A stretch of 63,795 nt of DNA, counting the filler, from Octopus bimaculoides (taxonomy: Eukaryota): NCBI RefSeq assembly GCF_001194135.2. It is 7 parts of 7 records of this genome, joined end to end, with 100 filler letters (N's around TTAATTAATTAA, not from the genome) between each part and the next. Parts side by side here need not be neighbours in the genome. Positions count along the whole stretch, not along the records: positions 34,581 to 56,371 come from NC_068999.1; 6 more parts are not named here. One strand, 5' to 3'. Each line of letters opens with the position of its first letter. The stretch's first letter is position 1. Both the position numbers and the translations under genes were made by a program. A model generated the notes under the pieces. It was not told the DNA's origin, made no database searches, and saw nothing but the letters and a program-made list of their open reading frames with translations. This document shows positions 40,251 through 53,439 of the stretch, in pieces.

Positions 40251-41645
40251 GATAATGTACTGAGTACAAAAAGTACATTATTGACTAAGAATAAAAATGT
40301 GAATCACTTCAATGAGAACCTTGTGCCTGGTGACTACAGCACCCCACCCCACCCCACCATAATTTCCCCTGGCCCCGTCTTGCGAATCACTGCTCTAATG
40401 ATTTTCCAATCTACTTCTCTCAATAACTGCTTCTAACATAGGCACCAAGTCACAAATTTTGAGTGAGTGGCTAGCTTATTAAAAACCATCCTAGTACATC
40501 ACTAATACTTTATTGTATCCACCCTAGAATAATGAAAAGCAAGTTTCAGCTTTGTGGGAGTTGGATTCAGAAAGTAAAGAGCCAGAATAAATACAGCAAA
40601 GCATCCATTCAATGCTGAATGATAAGTTATGATGTCCCTGAAGTTTCCTTATAAAAAAAAAACACTTCTTAATTTCCTGAGGAAAACATTGAGTATATGA
40701 ATGGGTTACAACAATAACATCACTATACTTCAACACTTGCTGTAATAATAATAATGGTTGTGGTAATAATAATGGTTGTGGTAGTGGGGAGAGAGTTCTG
40801 CAGTAGTGATGGTGGTGGTACTGGTGAATGTGATACGTTTTATGAATGTACTGGTGGAGGTAACAGAGTTAATAGTAGTGGTGGTGGTGGTGGTGGTGGT
40901 GGTGGTGTATGTTGATACTAGACACAGATGTTGGGTGATGTATCACTGAAACATCAACAGAATCCTTACTTCAAANNNNNNNNNNNNNNNNNNNNNNNNN
41001 NNNNNNNNNNNNNNNNNNNNNNNNNNNNNNNNNNNNNNNNNNNNNNNNNNNNNNNNNNNNNNNNNNNNNNNNNNNNNNNNNNNNNNNNNNNNNNNNNNNN
41101 NNNNNNNNNNNNNNNNNNNNNNNNNNNNNNNNNNNNNNNNNNNNNNNNNNNNNNNNNNNNNNNNNNNNNNNNNNNNNNNNNNNNNNNNNNNNNNNNNNNN
41201 NNNNNNNNNNNNNNNNNNNNNNNNNNNNNNNNNNNNNNNNNNNNNNNNNNNNNNNNNNNNNNNNNNNNNNNNNNNNNNNNNNNNNNNNNNNNNNNNNNNN
41301 NNNNNNNNNNNNNNNNNNNNNNNNNNNNNNNNNNNNNNNNNNNNNNNNNNNNNNNNNNNNNNNNNNNNNNNNNNNNNNNNNNNNNNNNNNNNNNNNNNNN
41401 NNNNNNNNNNNNNNNNNNNNNNNNNNNNNNNNNNNNNNNNNNNNNNNNNNNNNNNNNNNNNNNNNNNNNNNNNNNNNNNNNNNNNNNNNNNNNNNNNNNN
41501 NNNNNNNNNNNNNNNNNNNNNNNNNNNNNNNNNNNNNNNNNNNNNNNNNNNNNNNNNNNNNNNNNNNNNNNNNNNNNNNNNNNNNNNNNNNNNNNNNNNN
41601 NNNNNNNNNNNNNNNNNNNNNNNNNNNNNNNNNNNNNNNNNNNNN

Positions 41646-41679
<34 letters not shown>

Positions 41680-42367
41680 TGTATATATATATATATATAT
41701 TCATGTATATATATCACACACACACACACATCATCTACACATTACATACATATATATATATATATACATATAGATAGATAGATATAGATACATATACATA
41801 AATGTGCTTATACATATTTATTCATATATGTGTATATATATATATATATGCAGATAGATAGATATACGTGTGTATATATATACATATACTCACACACACA
41901 CACACACATATAGATATATAGATACATATACATAGCCGCAAACACAGATCCTAACCAACCCTGGTGGCCACTTACAACATGACTCAACCTCATTAGACCT
42001 GATGATTGTGTGAAAAGATCTACAAGTCAGTTTTAACAGGGCATTCTCCCACAGTTCTTCTCAACATAGGGGTCTAATAGAGGAGAGAGAGAGAAATAGT
42101 TAGGAGTGGGAGATAGAGTCAATATTTATCTAGCTGATAGGAAAACATCTTCCGATATGAACCCTTAACCAAAAAGTCAACCTTAATTATGAAGAGAAGG
42201 AAGGGTTTAATATTGCAATGTTCACTCCTTATCCAAGAGGTATTATTGAAGATAGGATTGGACATAGACAAACGAAATGACCTACAGTGTTTGGTGACAA
42301 TCCTTTACTTTCCAAGTACAAATCCCATTAAATTTGGCTTTCCTTTTTCGTCTATAAATTAGATCGT

Positions 42368-42700
42368 AGGGACAGGCACGGCTGTGTGGTTAAGACGTTT
42401 GCTTTCCAAACCACGTGATCTTGGGCTCAGTCTCACTACATGGCACCTTTGGCAAGTGTCTTCTACTATAGCCCTGGGCTGACCAATGCCTTGTGAGTGG
42501 ATTTGGTAAATGGAAACTAGAAGAAGCTTGTTGTAGTTACATTGTGTGTGTGTGTGTGTATTTGCATCTGTCCCACAATTACTTGATAACCAGTATTGGT
42601 TTGTTTATATCCCCATAATTTAGCGATTCAGCAAAAGAGACTGATAGAAAAAGAACTGGGGTTGATTTGTTCAACTAAAACTCTTCAAGGCAGGACCCAT
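42368..42700 (+). mobile_element. SINE family A (degenerate)
   Basis: ggcacggctgtgtggttaag head and body homologous to 13270-13683. Confidence 0.8.
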
Positions 42701-43640
42701 ACCATCACGGAAGTACGGGCCAACCTCCATACCCTCTGGAAGAAGATGAGCTGTGAACTTTATTCTCCTGTCTATATTCTTCTATCTATTATTTTATTAC
42801 TTATAAACTGTGAATTTCCCTGTCTAGAACTTTCATACATACCTTTGTTTTTGATGATGGAATACCCAGGGTACAGACATGCTAGCCTATCACTTGGGAC
42901 ATTCCAGAAACAGCTGTAAGACTTCCAATTCACCTTATCGTAATTTATCTAGCGGATACTTGCATGAGCAAGTGCACTCACACCATGCAGCTTGCCCAAG
43001 GGTGTTTATATATCCATATCTATTAAGTTATTTTTAATACTTTTCTCACTGGATTGTATGTTCGTTTCTCTTTTTGCCAGCTGTAATTTATTTTTGATCT
43101 TCTATGTAAATGAAGATATTTCCTCCATCTGGCTGCTTTTCTTTCTACAAAACAGGAAGTTACATTGCGGAACAGTTATTTTAATGAGTTGTATTTATTC
43201 AACACTCGATGAGATACATCTGCACCACCAGATGCTCCTGAACCAGTTGTTGAGCATCCCAACCATGAGGAATCAATGCTAGATGTGTCGAAACAATTCA
43301 TGCCAGATGTGTCAAAACAATAACTTGAATATAAATGAAAACAATCAAAATATTTAACTCAGTATATGAACAAGAAGTAAAACATATATATATATATATA
43401 TAATGATGTCAAATTTTGGCACCATGCCAGCAATCTCAGGGGGAGCAGGTAAGACAGTTACATCGATCCCAGTGTTCAACAGTGACTTATTTTATTGACC
43501 CTGAAAAGATGAAAGTAAAGTTGACCCAGGAGAATTTGAACTCACAATGTAAAGATGGATGTAATGCAGAAATTCTGCCTGACGTGCTAGCGATTCTGCC
43601 GGCTTGCCACCTTCTACATACATACACACACACACATATA

Positions 43641-43715
<75 letters not shown>

Positions 43716-44939
43716 GAGTTTGTTAAAGCTTTTAATTCTATGCCACACAAAAGACTTATGGCAAAACTCTCTGCAATGGGTGTGAAAGATGATCTTTTTA
43801 ACTGGTTGGAGTCCTTCATTCTCAGTCAAAAAGAGGTAGTCACAGTTCTAGGACAGCATTCATCACCCTATGAAATGTCATCTGGTGTACTGCAGGGATC
43901 TGTTCTTGGTCCCCTTTTGTTTGTTGCATACATTGATGACATAGATGCCAACTTAAAGAATGTCACAGTGCTGAAATATGCAGATGACATCAAGCTGTAC
44001 CTTGAAATGAAAAGGACAGATCCTGAACACTATAGATCTTTCCTGCAATCGGACATGGAGACAATGCAACAATGGATCACGGACTGGCAACTCAAGCTGG
44101 CTGTGGACAAGTGTACCACCATGCATTTTGGGAGGAAAAACCCAGCGTCCACACACTCTCTCCACAACACTAATATCAAGAAATATTCTTGTGAACTTGA
44201 CCTGGGCATTGCTGTCAGCAGCGATTTGTACTGGACAAAGCACATCTCTAAAATTGTCAAGAAGGCTAAGGGTGTCTTGGCATCACTCAACAAGACCTTT
44301 GTCAAACACTCTCCAGCTATCTATCTGAGGCTGTATATGACTACGGTGTGGCCACACTTCGAATTTGATTCACCAGTCTGGAACCCTATCTTGCTTAGGA
44401 CATTGACCTCCTGGAAACTGTTCAGAGACATGCAACCAAGCGAATACCCTCCATCAGGCATCTACCACACTCTGATCGCCTTGCAATCCTGGGCATAGAT
44501 TCATTGAAGCTCCGACGTCTGGCAACTGACTTGGTAAACACCCACAACATTATTAACCATCATGCCAACAACCACCTTGAGCACCTTTTTGAGCTCCATG
44601 TGTCTAACACATGTGGGTATGCCTACAAAGTCAGAAAGCAGCACAGCTCCCNNNNNNNNNNNNNNNNNNNNNNNNNNNNNNGTTGTTGAAGCATGGAACA
44701 AACTACCTGCATCAGTTGTTCGTTGCCAAGACATTGCATCCTTTAAAACCTCCATACTTCCTGAAATTCACCAACACTACACATGATAACCACCCCCTCC
44801 ATACGCATGCACACATGTATATCATGACGCATACACTGTTCCCTTTCCTGACTTTTGTACATAATTCTATGTACTGTACATGCACTTCTGATGAGTTGCA
44901 CTGCACCTGAGCACTATACGCAGTAATTTCAGTACTACA

Positions 44940-44982
<43 letters not shown>
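43716..44982 (+). mobile_element. 5'-truncated CR1-clade LINE (RT domain to 3' tail), frameshifted
   Basis: FVKAF..MPHKRL, SGVLQGSVLGPLLF, YADD, DLGI and VWNP; after a frameshift, LETVQRHATK...WNKLP; ends in (TTA)n. Confidence 0.95.
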
Positions 44983-44983
<1 letters not shown>

Positions 44984-45016
44984 GCGTGTGTGTGAAATGA
45001 CTAGAAAAATACTAAC

Positions 45017-45022
45017 TTTATT
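45017..45022 (-). terminator. Candidate polyadenylation signal of PRCP
   Basis: AATAAA on the minus strand about 80 nt downstream of the PRCP stop codon. Confidence 0.55.
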
Positions 45023-45098
45023 GGTAAAAATCTTACAATGAATTATTGAAATTCAAAACATTTATATTTCAAAACAAAATGTCCACATATTTTAAGAT

Positions 45099-45291
45099 TT
45101 ATTTTGATTTCAGCCATTTTCTTATATGCATCTGCTCGATATTCCTTGCCTCTGTTACAGATGGTGGGTCATCGATATTCTTGAATCTCAGATCCAAATG
45201 GTGTGCTCCTTCAGGAATGATGAGAGATATTAGGGTGTCAGAAATATTTTTAAGGACTCCAAAGGCTGACCAGGGATCAAGCAATCCATTG
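45099..45291 (-). CDS. PRCP: PRCP last coding exon containing the catalytic Asp and His
   Basis: Acceptor ttcattccag, reading (S)NGLLDPWSAFGVLKNISDTLISLIIPEGAHHLDLRFKNIDDPPSVTEARNIEQMHIRKWLKSK, stop TAA at 45101-45099. Confidence 0.97.
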
Positions 45292-45648
45292 CTGGAATGA
45301 AATTGATAAAGAAGAAATATGTGAAAAAAATGGCAAACCAATAAATAAAGTTGAAGGAAGGAATTAAGGTTAGTTGGCACCACAGAAGATGGATACTTAG
45401 ATTCTGTGGGGGGGATAAAGATGGTAGTAATGAAAACCAAGAAGGATTCCATGTGTCAACAATGGAACCACCACATAGTTGCTATATTGTGTGTGTGTGT
45501 GTATANNNNNNNNNNNNNNNNNNNNNNNNNNNNNNNNNNNNNNNNNNNNNNNNNNNNNNNNNNNNNNNNNNNNNNNNNNNNNNNNNNNNNNNNNNNNNNN
45601 NNNNNNNNNNNNNNNNNNNNNNNNNNNNNNNNNNNNNNNNNNNNNNNN

Positions 45649-45681
<33 letters not shown>

Positions 45682-46361
45682 TGCATATATATATATGTAT
45701 ATGAATATGTGGGTACAGGATGTCACAAACTGTAAGCAACATGAAATACAAAAACAAGAGAGTTAAATACACAAACAACAAGAGAAAAGAAATTGAAAAC
45801 GGGACAAGTAACACAAAGAATGACCCTTCATCAGTTGTTGGCTGTCTATCTACACTTCGTTTCGAGCATTCAACGACAATATGAGACTTCGAAGACAGTT
45901 GCTCCAATAACTTTCAAAATAAATTTTGGATTTTATGGACAGTCAAAGTTGGGAACAAAAACAGGACAGTGTATTTAATTTAACACCACGCATCCATTTC
46001 CAAGTAATTCATCGTATTATCTTGCAGCTTAAAGATTTCCATGATGAGATGGAAATCCACTCAACACCACCTCTGGTTCTTATACAAGACCTCTCATTTC
46101 AAATTGCTCTATTTAAGCTAAGATCTTATCGTAATTTTATGCAAAATCTTTCTTTTTTTTTTAACTCTAAGCTTTGTTTCAAATAAGTTAATAATGCAAA
46201 AATTTGTTATCTATTTCTAATAAATCCCTTCAAATTCAGAGCTTATTTTTTTCAAAATTAATTGAAATGAAGGCAGTGCTATGGCCACAAAAGAGTTAGA
46301 GTAATTGTAGAATTCCTTTCTCATCAATATTTTAATTACAATCCTTGAGTTAAAGCTATTC

Positions 46362-46545
46362 AAGATACATCGAAGCTCCAACGTCTCGCACCTGACTTGG
46401 TAAAAACCCACAAAATTATTAATCATCGTGCCAACAACCACCTTGAACACCTTTTTGAGCTCCAGGTGTCTAACACACGTGGGCATGCCTACAAAGTCAG
46501 AGAACAGCACAGCTCCGATGACTTTCGGAAACATTTTTTCACACT
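46362..46545 (+). mobile_element. Second CR1 fragment inside a PRCP intron
   Basis: Highly similar to 44500-44650. Confidence 0.9.
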
Positions 46546-46685
46546 CAGAGATAACATTGCTACATTTGGAATGTCTCTGAGCAAAAGCCTTCTGGATCAA
46601 GGTTAGCCTGGGGTTACATAACAACAAATAAGTATATAAGTAAATAAATAAATATTTAATAAAATATATAGAATCTATGATTTAC

Positions 46686-46873
46686 CTGAAGACAATGTTA
46701 GATGCAGCTTGAATATTTTTACCACCATATTCTGTTACAATCCAGTTAGGTCTGGGTACAACTTTCCACTGAGCATAACAAGATTCAGAATACTGGGTGA
46801 AATTCCACTTGGTTGGGTAAAACATATCTGTGATGCCATCTGTGCAGCTTGGCATTACCATTTCTGTACAAGA
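46686..46873 (-). CDS. PRCP: PRCP penultimate exon
   Basis: Acceptor ttattgtcag, 188 nt reading SCTEMVMPSCTDGITDMFYPTKWNFTQYSESCYAQWKVVPRPNWIVTEYGGKNIQAASNIVF(S), donor AG|gtaaat. Confidence 0.97.
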
Positions 46874-46961
46874 CTGACAATAAAACAAATAATCAAGAGT
46901 TTCTTATGTAAACACAAAGAACGATTTTTGAAAGGGACACAGTTAATCCTAGTCTATTTCT

Positions 46962-47194
46962 TATTTCTTTATTGCCCACAAGGGGGTTAAACATAGAGGA
47001 GACAAACAAGGACAGACAAAGGGATTAAGTCGATTACATCTACTCCAGTGCGTAATTGGTACTTAATTTATCGACCCCGAAAGGATGAAAGGCAAAGTCG
47101 ACTTTGGCGGAATTTGAACTCAAAATGTAATGGCAAACGAAATACCGCTAAGCATTTCACCCGGAGTGCTAACATTTCTGCCAGCTCGCTGCCT
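46962..47194 (-). mobile_element. Full-length SINE family B with a perfect 14-bp TSD, in a PRCP intron
   Basis: TSD cctagtctatttct at 46948-46961 and 47195-47208. Confidence 0.92.
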
Positions 47195-47530
47195 CCTAGT
47201 CTATTTCTGGAGTTTTATTTACTGGCTCATCATTCCTTCCTGCATCCACCATCACTTAAGGAGAATCTGACCACCATTTTATGTCTTTTACTTGCTGAGT
47301 TTGAAGGAAGGGGCAGTGCCAATGAAGGTCCCCTGCAACCATTGAGCTTTGCAGGTCAACACCTGAAGGAAAGACATGAGCAGGACATAAATAAACCAAC
47401 ACAAGTTGCCAGGTGGTGGGGGGAGACAAACACAAACACAAAGATGCACATACACCCACACATACCTGCACACAAACACAAAAATGCAAGCAGACATGCA
47501 CACACATACGGATAAATTAGAGTTACTCAC

Positions 47531-47695
47531 CTGATAGCTCCATCCTAAACTTCCCATGTCCGAACTAGATGTCTGGGTTAAATTGAAACATGGAGTATTA
47601 CCTGTTGTGTTGTAATAGACTTGCAGAGATTTAGCCAGAGCAGAAATGAGGTGTTTACCATCAAGACTAGGATCATTCAATGGTGTACAGGTTTT
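47531..47695 (-). CDS. PRCP: PRCP internal exon
   Basis: Acceptor ctcag, 165 nt reading KTCTPLNDPSLDGKHLISALAKSLQVYYNTTGNTPCFNLTQTSSSDMGSLGWSYQ, donor |gtgagt. Confidence 0.96.
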
Positions 47696-48385
47696 CTGAG
47701 GAGTAAACATTGACAGGTTTCATTTATGAAAGAAAATATGAGAAGAGATTGGGGGCACAGAGAGAGAGAGTAGAGTGAGAGACAATGTGTTAAGTTACTA
47801 AGTTGTTGGATCATCACTGATGTCATCTTCATGAAAGAATTACAAAAATAATAAAACTGGAGTGAAATTTCTTCATTAACATCACCACTACTACCCACCA
47901 TTCTGCATTTTCTCTAATCCGACAGGTTGATTTGAACACAGCACTGAGCTTATATAAAGCAAGTTAGTAATACACTGTTATTGGTTACACTGGTGAACTG
48001 TACCATTTCATGGTACCGATCTACAGACAGATAGTCTGAGTCAATAAGAGGAATTAAGTGTAAGGTCCATAGATAAAACATGAATTAGCAAGAAAGCCTC
48101 CTGTGGTATTTTGGCCCTGCTAGATATAGCAGTCAAATCTCCCTCAAAATCATACCCAACTGTCTTACAAATGTAGGAAATTTGAGATAATGTAGTCCTA
48201 GATACATGTAAAAATATTGGATATGTCATGGCTGGAATCACTTTGATCATAGATCTGGTCAGTAATGGTTGTCCTTAGGCTAAACAATGACAATAGTGAT
48301 GTTACTGACACATTTCTATGTTACCACCTGTATGTTTGTTTGTTCATGAGACAGTCAAATTTGAACCCAGCATCTCTTCACTTAC

Positions 48386-48555
48386 TTTCACTGGCCAGGC
48401 AGGTAGAGGTTCTAGAAAATTGGTTGAGTAAGGATAATCCATCATTGCTAAATCAAACCATGTGTCACTCAACCATTCCTTGAGGTCATCAACTGTAGAG
48501 TTTTCTAGGCTTGAACATAACTTTAATTCTTCAGAGAGAAACTTCAGACCTTCAC
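48386..48555 (-). CDS. PRCP: PRCP internal exon
   Basis: Acceptor tttttacag, 170 nt reading (S)EGLKFLSEELKLCSSLENSTVDDLKEWLSDTWFDLAMMDYPYSTNFLEPLPAWPVK, donor |gtaagt. AMxDYPY..NFL.PLPAWP is a PRCP motif. Confidence 0.97.
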
Positions 48556-48809
48556 CTGTAAAAATAATTATTGACTTTTAGTAAATATCTCATGATCTTA
48601 TACTTCAGATGTGTCAATGACACAAGCTTACATCCCCAGACTTACAGGTGGATGTCATCAATAGCCAAGTCTATCCTGAAACCAATTGCCACCAGAGTTA
48701 ATTTATGTCAATACATTTTTCATCTGTGCTCATGTTATCAACAGCCAAGTCTACCCTACAATCAATTATCACACTATATCCTTTTCTCAAGAAATCAATT
48801 GGCCCCTAA

Positions 48810-49157
48810 TGCTGCCTGACTGGTCCTGTGCCGGTGGCATGTAAAAAGCACCATTCAAGCGTGGTCGTTGCCAGTGTTGCCTGACTGGCCCCGTGCCACC
48901 GGCATGTAAAAAGCACCATTCAAGCATGGTCGATGCCAGTACCGCCTGACTGGCCCTCATGCTGGTGGCACGTAAAAAGCACCCACTACACTCACAGAGT
49001 GGTTGGCGTTAAGAAGGGCATCCAGCTGTAGAAACTTTGCCAGATCAGATTGGATTCCTAGTGCAGCCTTCTGGCTTGCCAGCCCACACTCAAACCATCC
49101 AACCCATGTCAGCATGGAAAGTGGACGTTAAACGATGATGATGATGATGATGATGAT
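48810..49157 (+). mobile_element. RTE 3' UTR/tail copy with ~3 tandem ~62-bp subrepeats
   Basis: gcctgactggtcctgtgccggtggcatgtaaaaagcaccattcaagc repeated, followed by the family C tail with (GAT)n. Confidence 0.85.
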
Positions 49158-50276
49158 ATGTGATATGTCCCATTATGACAACATATTTCATCGTCTCTAT
49201 GGGACTGGTCTGAACAGCATATCTTCCCTGACTGACAATACTGTGTCAGTCCACTATTTATTGGTAGTGGACCAGCCCACTTCTCACCTGGGGGTGTCCA
49301 CCACAACACCTCTCCCCTTTGAGATTTTTTTTTTCAAAAATTACACAGCATTATTATATATATATTTTTCATTTCTATGATTTTTTCCTTCCATTACAAT
49401 TTATTTGGCAGAAACTGGATTGGTTACCTGCAAACTTTCATTATCTCTCAAAGTGCCTGCACCAGAACAATTCCCCAATGAAGCCCTTTCCATAGAAGGG
49501 CCTTTTTCCTGTAACAGCTGGCTCAGATTCTCTACTTTCAGAATTTTCTACAACGTATTCTTCCCTAGTCACTTCCATTGACATTTCATCTGGAGTTCCC
49601 TCAAGGTGGACTTGTTTAGTATCCTCACTCATGAAATGGCTTGTGTTTTCTTTGTCCATTTTAACTTTCTTAGCAGCTAATTCGTTTTCAATTTCAACAG
49701 ATGATATTTTCTTATGTTTGAAATCTTCTGGTGACTTGCTTTAAATGTATTGTTAATTCATTTTCATTTTTTTTTCTTCTCACCAGAATTATTTTTTGTT
49801 CTACACAGAATTTTTTCTTTTTCCAAAATGCCGCAGGTAGTACCTAAATCCTTCGAATGGACTTATTATTATTATTATCTTTTGTTCCACACAGAACCAT
49901 AGTTTTTTTATTTTCAAAATACTGCAGGTAGTACCAAGTCTACACTATTACTGGTAGCGCTATTAACATAGAGTAACCTGACTTAAATCCTTCACACAGA
50001 CTTATTATTTTTTCTTGCCAACCCAATATATGTGCGTGTGAAGGTGCATGGCTCAGTGGTTAGAGTGTCAGGCTCACAATTATGAGGTAGTGAGTTCGAT
50101 TCCTGGACTGGGCTGTATGCTGTGTTCTTTCTCTTTGAACTTCTCTTTCAAATGAAGAACTATGCTCAAAATGTTAACAACTCTTTCCTTTCACTGAGCA
50201 TCAAATTAATATATTTCTTGTGCACAACCTCATGTTCATTTTTTTCTTTCTCTGTTTTTTGTTTGTTCTTTAATTT

Positions 50277-50310
<34 letters not shown>

Positions 50311-50774
50311 TCAGCTCAAAGCTGTGGCCATGCTGGGGCACCAATATTTTATATATATATTTTCCAGTCAGTTCTTGTTCACAGTTACTGCCCTCCAGGA
50401 AGAGTTGGGGGACAACATCTCACTCACATTTTCCATTTTAAGCATGGCTTCTATGTTCTATTACTCATGATATTCCAATTACCAACCAGTTTTCAAAGTA
50501 TACTAGATATCTTTTATAGCACCAACAGAAGAAAGATTATCTTGTCCCAGAGAAGTCTCAAGAGTTCTCAACATCCTATATTTGTCTAGCTTATAAAAAA
50601 AAAGGGTTTCTAATTCCAAATAGTCTGGTGTTATGTGTAGTTCCAAGAATAAAACACTTGATGACAATCTGAGATGAAACAGACTGCAATATAGATGCCA
50701 ATATTCCTTCAAATATTCATTACTAAGGGTGAGGTTAATTGTCTAAAAAATCATAATCTTATCAATTATGATCT

Positions 50775-52082
50775 ATCATCATCATCATTTAACGTCCGTC
50801 GTCCATGCTGGTATGGGTTGGACAGTTTGACCAGGGCTGTCAAGCTGGAAGGCTGCAACTCCAGTCTGATTTGGCATGGTTTCTAAGGCTGGATGTCATT
50901 TTTAATGCCAACCACTCTGTGAGTGTAATGGGTGCTTTTTACATGCCACCAGCATGGGTGCCATTTGCATGCCACCAGTATCTGCCATGACTTTGATTTT
51001 ACTTGGTTTGATGGGTCTTCTTCTCAAGCATGGCATAATGCCAAAGGTCTTAGTCATTCATTATTGCCTCCATGAGGCCCAACACTTAAAAGGTGCTTTT
51101 CACATGCCACCAGCACCAGCCACCTTGCTTCCGTGAGGCCCAATGCTTGAAAGGTGCTTTTTACGTGCCAGTTACGTGACATCAACATCGGCCATGACTA
51201 TGATTTCACTTGGCTTGATGGGTCTTCTCAAGCACAGCATATCGCCAAAGGTCTCTGTGAGGCCCAAACTTCGAAGGGCATGCTTCACTTCATCCCATGT
51301 CTTCTTGTGTCTACCTCTACCACAGGTTCCTTCTACAATTAGAGATTAGCAATTCTTCACACAGCTATCCCCATCCATATGCACCACATAACCATACCAA
51401 TGCAGTTGTCTCTCTGACACACCACATCTGATGCTTCTTATGCCCAACTTTTCTCTAAGATGCTTACACTCTGTTGTACATGTACACTGATATTGCACAT
51501 CCAGTGAAGCATACTAGCTTCATTTCTTTCAAGCCTATGCATGTCCTCAGCTGTCACCGCCAATGTTTCACTGCCTTGTAGCACAGCTGTTCACACACAG
51601 GCATCATACAATTTACCTTTCACTCTGAGGGAAAGGCCCTTTGTTGACAGCAGAGGTAGGAGCCCTCTGAACTTTGCCCAGCCTATTCTTATTCCCAGAG
51701 CATCCACTGCCACTACTAACCTGGTCACCTAGATAATGGAAGCTATCTACTACCTCTAGCTTACCCCACTGGCAGTTGATGAAGTCTATTTTCTGTACAT
51801 TTTTGGTGTTTATTGTACCTGTGTGCCTTCCACACACAAAAACTATTTTTCTGTTAACCTTCTTCTGATATTGCTGTACTTCTTATGTATCCATAGCTTA
51901 CACCGGGTATATCTTATGGAGTTTCTACCTATGCCTTTTCTGAAGTTGAGCAGGGCCATCTACCTGAAGGGATTTGTGATTTGTTTGCCTTCCTACTTAC
52001 TAAGACTTTGATTTTTGCTAGGTTAACTCTAAGACCCTTCGATTCTAGACCTTGCTTCTATACCTGAAACTTCTTCTCAACA
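50775..52082 (-). mobile_element. 5'-truncated RTE-clade LINE in a PRCP intron
   Basis: Minus-strand peptides GLRVNLAKIKVL, LEVVDSFHYLGD, LSLRVKGKLYDACV, GSETLAVTAEDMHRLERNEASML, WYGYV and GRGRHKKTW, followed by the 3' UTR and (GAT)n. Confidence 0.92.
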
Positions 52083-52129
52083 TTTGAAAAAATATCATTT
52101 GAAAATAAAATATAAAAATCTTCACTTAC

Positions 52130-52287
52130 TGTATTTTCCAAGATCATCAATTACTTTCCAACTTTTCCGGATGCTTCCTGGACAATGTTCACCACTATGT
52201 TTAAATGTGTTTGTTATGACAGTAAATAAACCATTGCATTTAGATATCCCAGGAAATCCCCAAATTGGAGCAGAAGCTGCAATTGAC
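52130..52287 (-). CDS. PRCP: PRCP internal exon
   Basis: Acceptor ccacag, 158 nt reading (G)SIAASAPIWGFPGISKCNGLFTVITNTFKHSGEHCPGSIRKSWKVIDDLGKY, donor A|gtaagt. Phase matches both neighbouring exons. Confidence 0.96.
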
Positions 52288-53439
52288 CTGTGGGTAAAGC
52301 CAACATAACAAAAACAACAGTAATGTAATGTAGTAATAGCTAAATTAGTGTTGACAGAGTTAATAATAAAGTACTAAATAGCTAATGAGAAATAATTATG
52401 TGGTGGCATAGATAGACAGATAAATTAATTAGTTTTAACATTTAGTACTTAAAATCCACAATAGGAAGAGAGAAAGGACAAGTTAGTGCTATGGCTGTGC
52501 GGTTACAAAGTTTGTATGTGATCCTCTGCATAGTATGCTGGACAAGTGTCTACTGCTCCATTGCTATGTGAGTAGAATTGGTAAGTGGAAACTGAGATGA
52601 AACCTATCATGTCTGCCTGCGTGCGTGCATAGATAGCATTGTCACCATTATCATCATTTCAGATCTGTTTTTTATGTTGCTATGGGTTTCATGGATTGTC
52701 AAGGCTGGGATCAGCATGTACTTGAGGGTACTGCTCATCTAGATGGGTCAAGGGGCCTTATTTCATTCACGTGTAATTTTTGGCTAGGTTTCAACAGCTG
52801 CATGTCCTTCCTAACACCAACCACTTTACAGAGTGTACTGGGTGCTGTTTTTTGTGGCCCAGCACTAGAAAGATGTCATGGCCTCAACAAGATTAACAGA
52901 TCTTCACAACCTTGTACCTTACAATGTGTACTGGGTGCATTTTTCATGACATCAGCACTAGGGAAGTAGCCATGTACCCAGCATAACAAAAGGGACTTCA
53001 CAACTCCACATCTCTGTTAATTCACCAGCTTCTTTACTCTTTATATCTTGAGAAGTATGAATGGTAGTAATGAGAGTGATGCATTGTAAGGTGTGGAGTG
53101 ATAAAAATAATCAGTATTCTGAGATATGTATTTTCAAGGCAATGCAGTGCAAGCAGAGGACGACGGAGGTTTGCATGCTATATTGCATCATGAGAAAAGT
53201 CATTTCCATCAGGTAAATTAAAATTCAACATTGAAGTATCGGTTTTGTATCTGAGTTGCAAGATTCTTTATGTGAATTCATGTGTTGAAACAGATTTTGT
53301 TGTGTCTGGGGAGAGTCATACTGCCTTAATATTTAACACACTCACCAGTTCCATTTCTAGTCATTTATTATTTATATTTTCTCCTTTCCAAAATTTTCAT
53401 TACTTTTGCAACCTTGTCAATGGATGTTGACTCTCTCTC

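Noticed and set aside
42730-43330. Non-repetitive segment with short open frames (TSAPPDAPEPVVEHP...)
   Set aside because: No recognisable homology or consistent splice structure.
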